Source of the DNA: Tubiluchus corallicola
Lineage: Eukaryota > Animalia > Priapulida
Length of the DNA stretch: 35,023 nucleotides
Reading direction: 5' to 3'
NCBI GenBank assembly: GCA_030141605.1
Contig: JAQGDQ010001551.1
Span: 1 to 35,023, forward strand
Shown: positions 33,574 to 35,023 of the stretch, in pieces
How positions within the stretch are numbered: position 1 is the stretch's first letter
Layout: the number at the start of each line of letters is the position of its first letter
Made by a program: the position numbers and the translations under genes
The notes under the pieces: model-generated
The model's database searches: none
Told to the model about the DNA's origin: nothing
What the model saw: the letters and a program-made list of their open reading frames with translations, nothing else

Positions 33574-34551
33574 AGGACAGCAAAAAGGGGTACCTGAAGT
33601 AGGTTTCAGAAGAATCGCCTTAAAAAATTATATGACTTTCTCTCAATTATATACGTATGTCGTGCTAGCGTTGAAAAGATTTTTTGTTTGTTTTCATTTT
33701 AAATTTCCCTGCAATACTGTTCCGAAGTCGCCATTACATGACGTCATGTACCAAATGTCAATCAAGGGAAGAAAAGGCAATGTTAAATTATGTCTCAAAA
33801 GACTTTCCGTGCAAATCTATGTTACTTAGATTTTCGCTTACCTGCTAGAGAGACTATGTAACTAGAAAAAAAATTATTAATTATTTAAATGTTTTCACCA
33901 ATTGGTAAAATGTCACTGACTCACCCTCCAGGGTGCAGCACTCACTAACCAAAAAACGTATTTTTAATCTTATTGACAAGATACAGTAATTTTAAATTTT
34001 ACTTAGTTAGTGACGTGTGCGCTACGAATGCTTTCATTATTTTTTCGAACTTCATCCGGTGTTACCAAAACTTGCTTCAGATGACTTGTCATCAAAATGG
34101 CTGCGTCTAACGGTCATCGCGGGAGTTTAAATTTACAAGCGTTTCGCTTACCTGCTGGAAACACTGATGTAACTAGACTAATCATTTAAAATGTTCGTGC
34201 CGATTGGTAAAATGTCCCTGACTCACCCTCCAGGGTGCGCTACTCACTAGCTAAAAACGAATTTTAATCTTATTGACAAGACACAGTAATTTAAAATTAA
34301 TTAGCAACATGTATCCTACGAATGCTCTGATTATTTTTCAAACTTTACTCAATGTTATCTAAACTTGTTTCAAATGACCTAGCATTAAAATTGCTGCGTC
34401 TAACGGTCATCGCGGGAGTGTAAATTTACTTGTTTTGTACAGCGTTACTGCCGACGCAAGTCCAGTATGCAAAAAGGCAGTACATAAGTGGTATAAAATT
34501 TCAAGACAAATTTTTTAACCTTTATGTAAGTGGAGGGTTTTCTTGTGCTTT
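33574..34551 (+). mobile_element. Kolobok-like element (family of 9526-10047) with an internal duplication of about 300 bp
   Basis: TTAA|AGGACA...TTTTCTTGTGCT..TTAA; about 33830-34140 is repeated at about 34141-34430. Confidence 0.75.
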
Positions 34552-35023
34552 TTAAGTAAGTTCTTAAAACGGAAGTGGTGCTGACATGCCACTGTCTTAG
34601 CAGTGTCTAGTTTTTCACTGCATTACTGCTGTGTTTATGTGTCTAGAGAGCAGACTACTACTTTTACTTTGGAGGTCTGTCTGCCCGATGTCTACAACAA
34701 ATGTAATGGACTTAAAACAGTCTACTGTTTTGTATTGAAAGAAACTATTTTTTCTCCGGGCTATTCTTCTTTGTGATGAAATTGCGATAATGTTTAGTTT
34801 TGATTTGTGTGTAATTATCTAGAATTAGTGCAGATGTATTTTAATATAAGGGTATTTTGTTTTGCGTGATATTTATCGTGATCGTACTTGAATGTCTAAA
34901 AATTACAATAATATTTGAAAGCATGAATCTTCTGTTTATGTTTTATGTTGTGCTAAATATTGTTGTGAAAGTCATGTTTGAGGTTGTTTATTACAAGTAT
35001 ACTACATATTTGCACAAAACTGA

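Overview
AT-rich, repeat-dense animal (invertebrate-like) nuclear DNA; nothing prokaryotic is visible. Three protein-coding genes can be built from the sequence. (1) A complete 7-exon GT7-family beta-1,4-GalNAc/Gal-transferase (bre-4/B4GALT-like) on + (12538-31318, 339 aa, all introns GT-AG and phase-consistent). (2) An intact WD40-SAM-U-box gene (WDSUB1) with an intronless CDS, nested on the SAME strand inside intron 5 of that transferase. (3) The first two coding exons of a secreted coiled-coil protein on -, running off the left edge. The most unusual structure is a 49-bp x14 tandem array built from the intron-3/exon-4 splice acceptor of the transferase: 13 upstream acceptor copies all lead to premature stops and only the last is productive. 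The rest is non-autonomous DNA transposons (hAT, piggyBac-like, Kolobok-like, TA-flanked), LINE 3' remnants, minisatellites and microsatellites, several with odd architecture. All calls were made by eye; no database searches were run.
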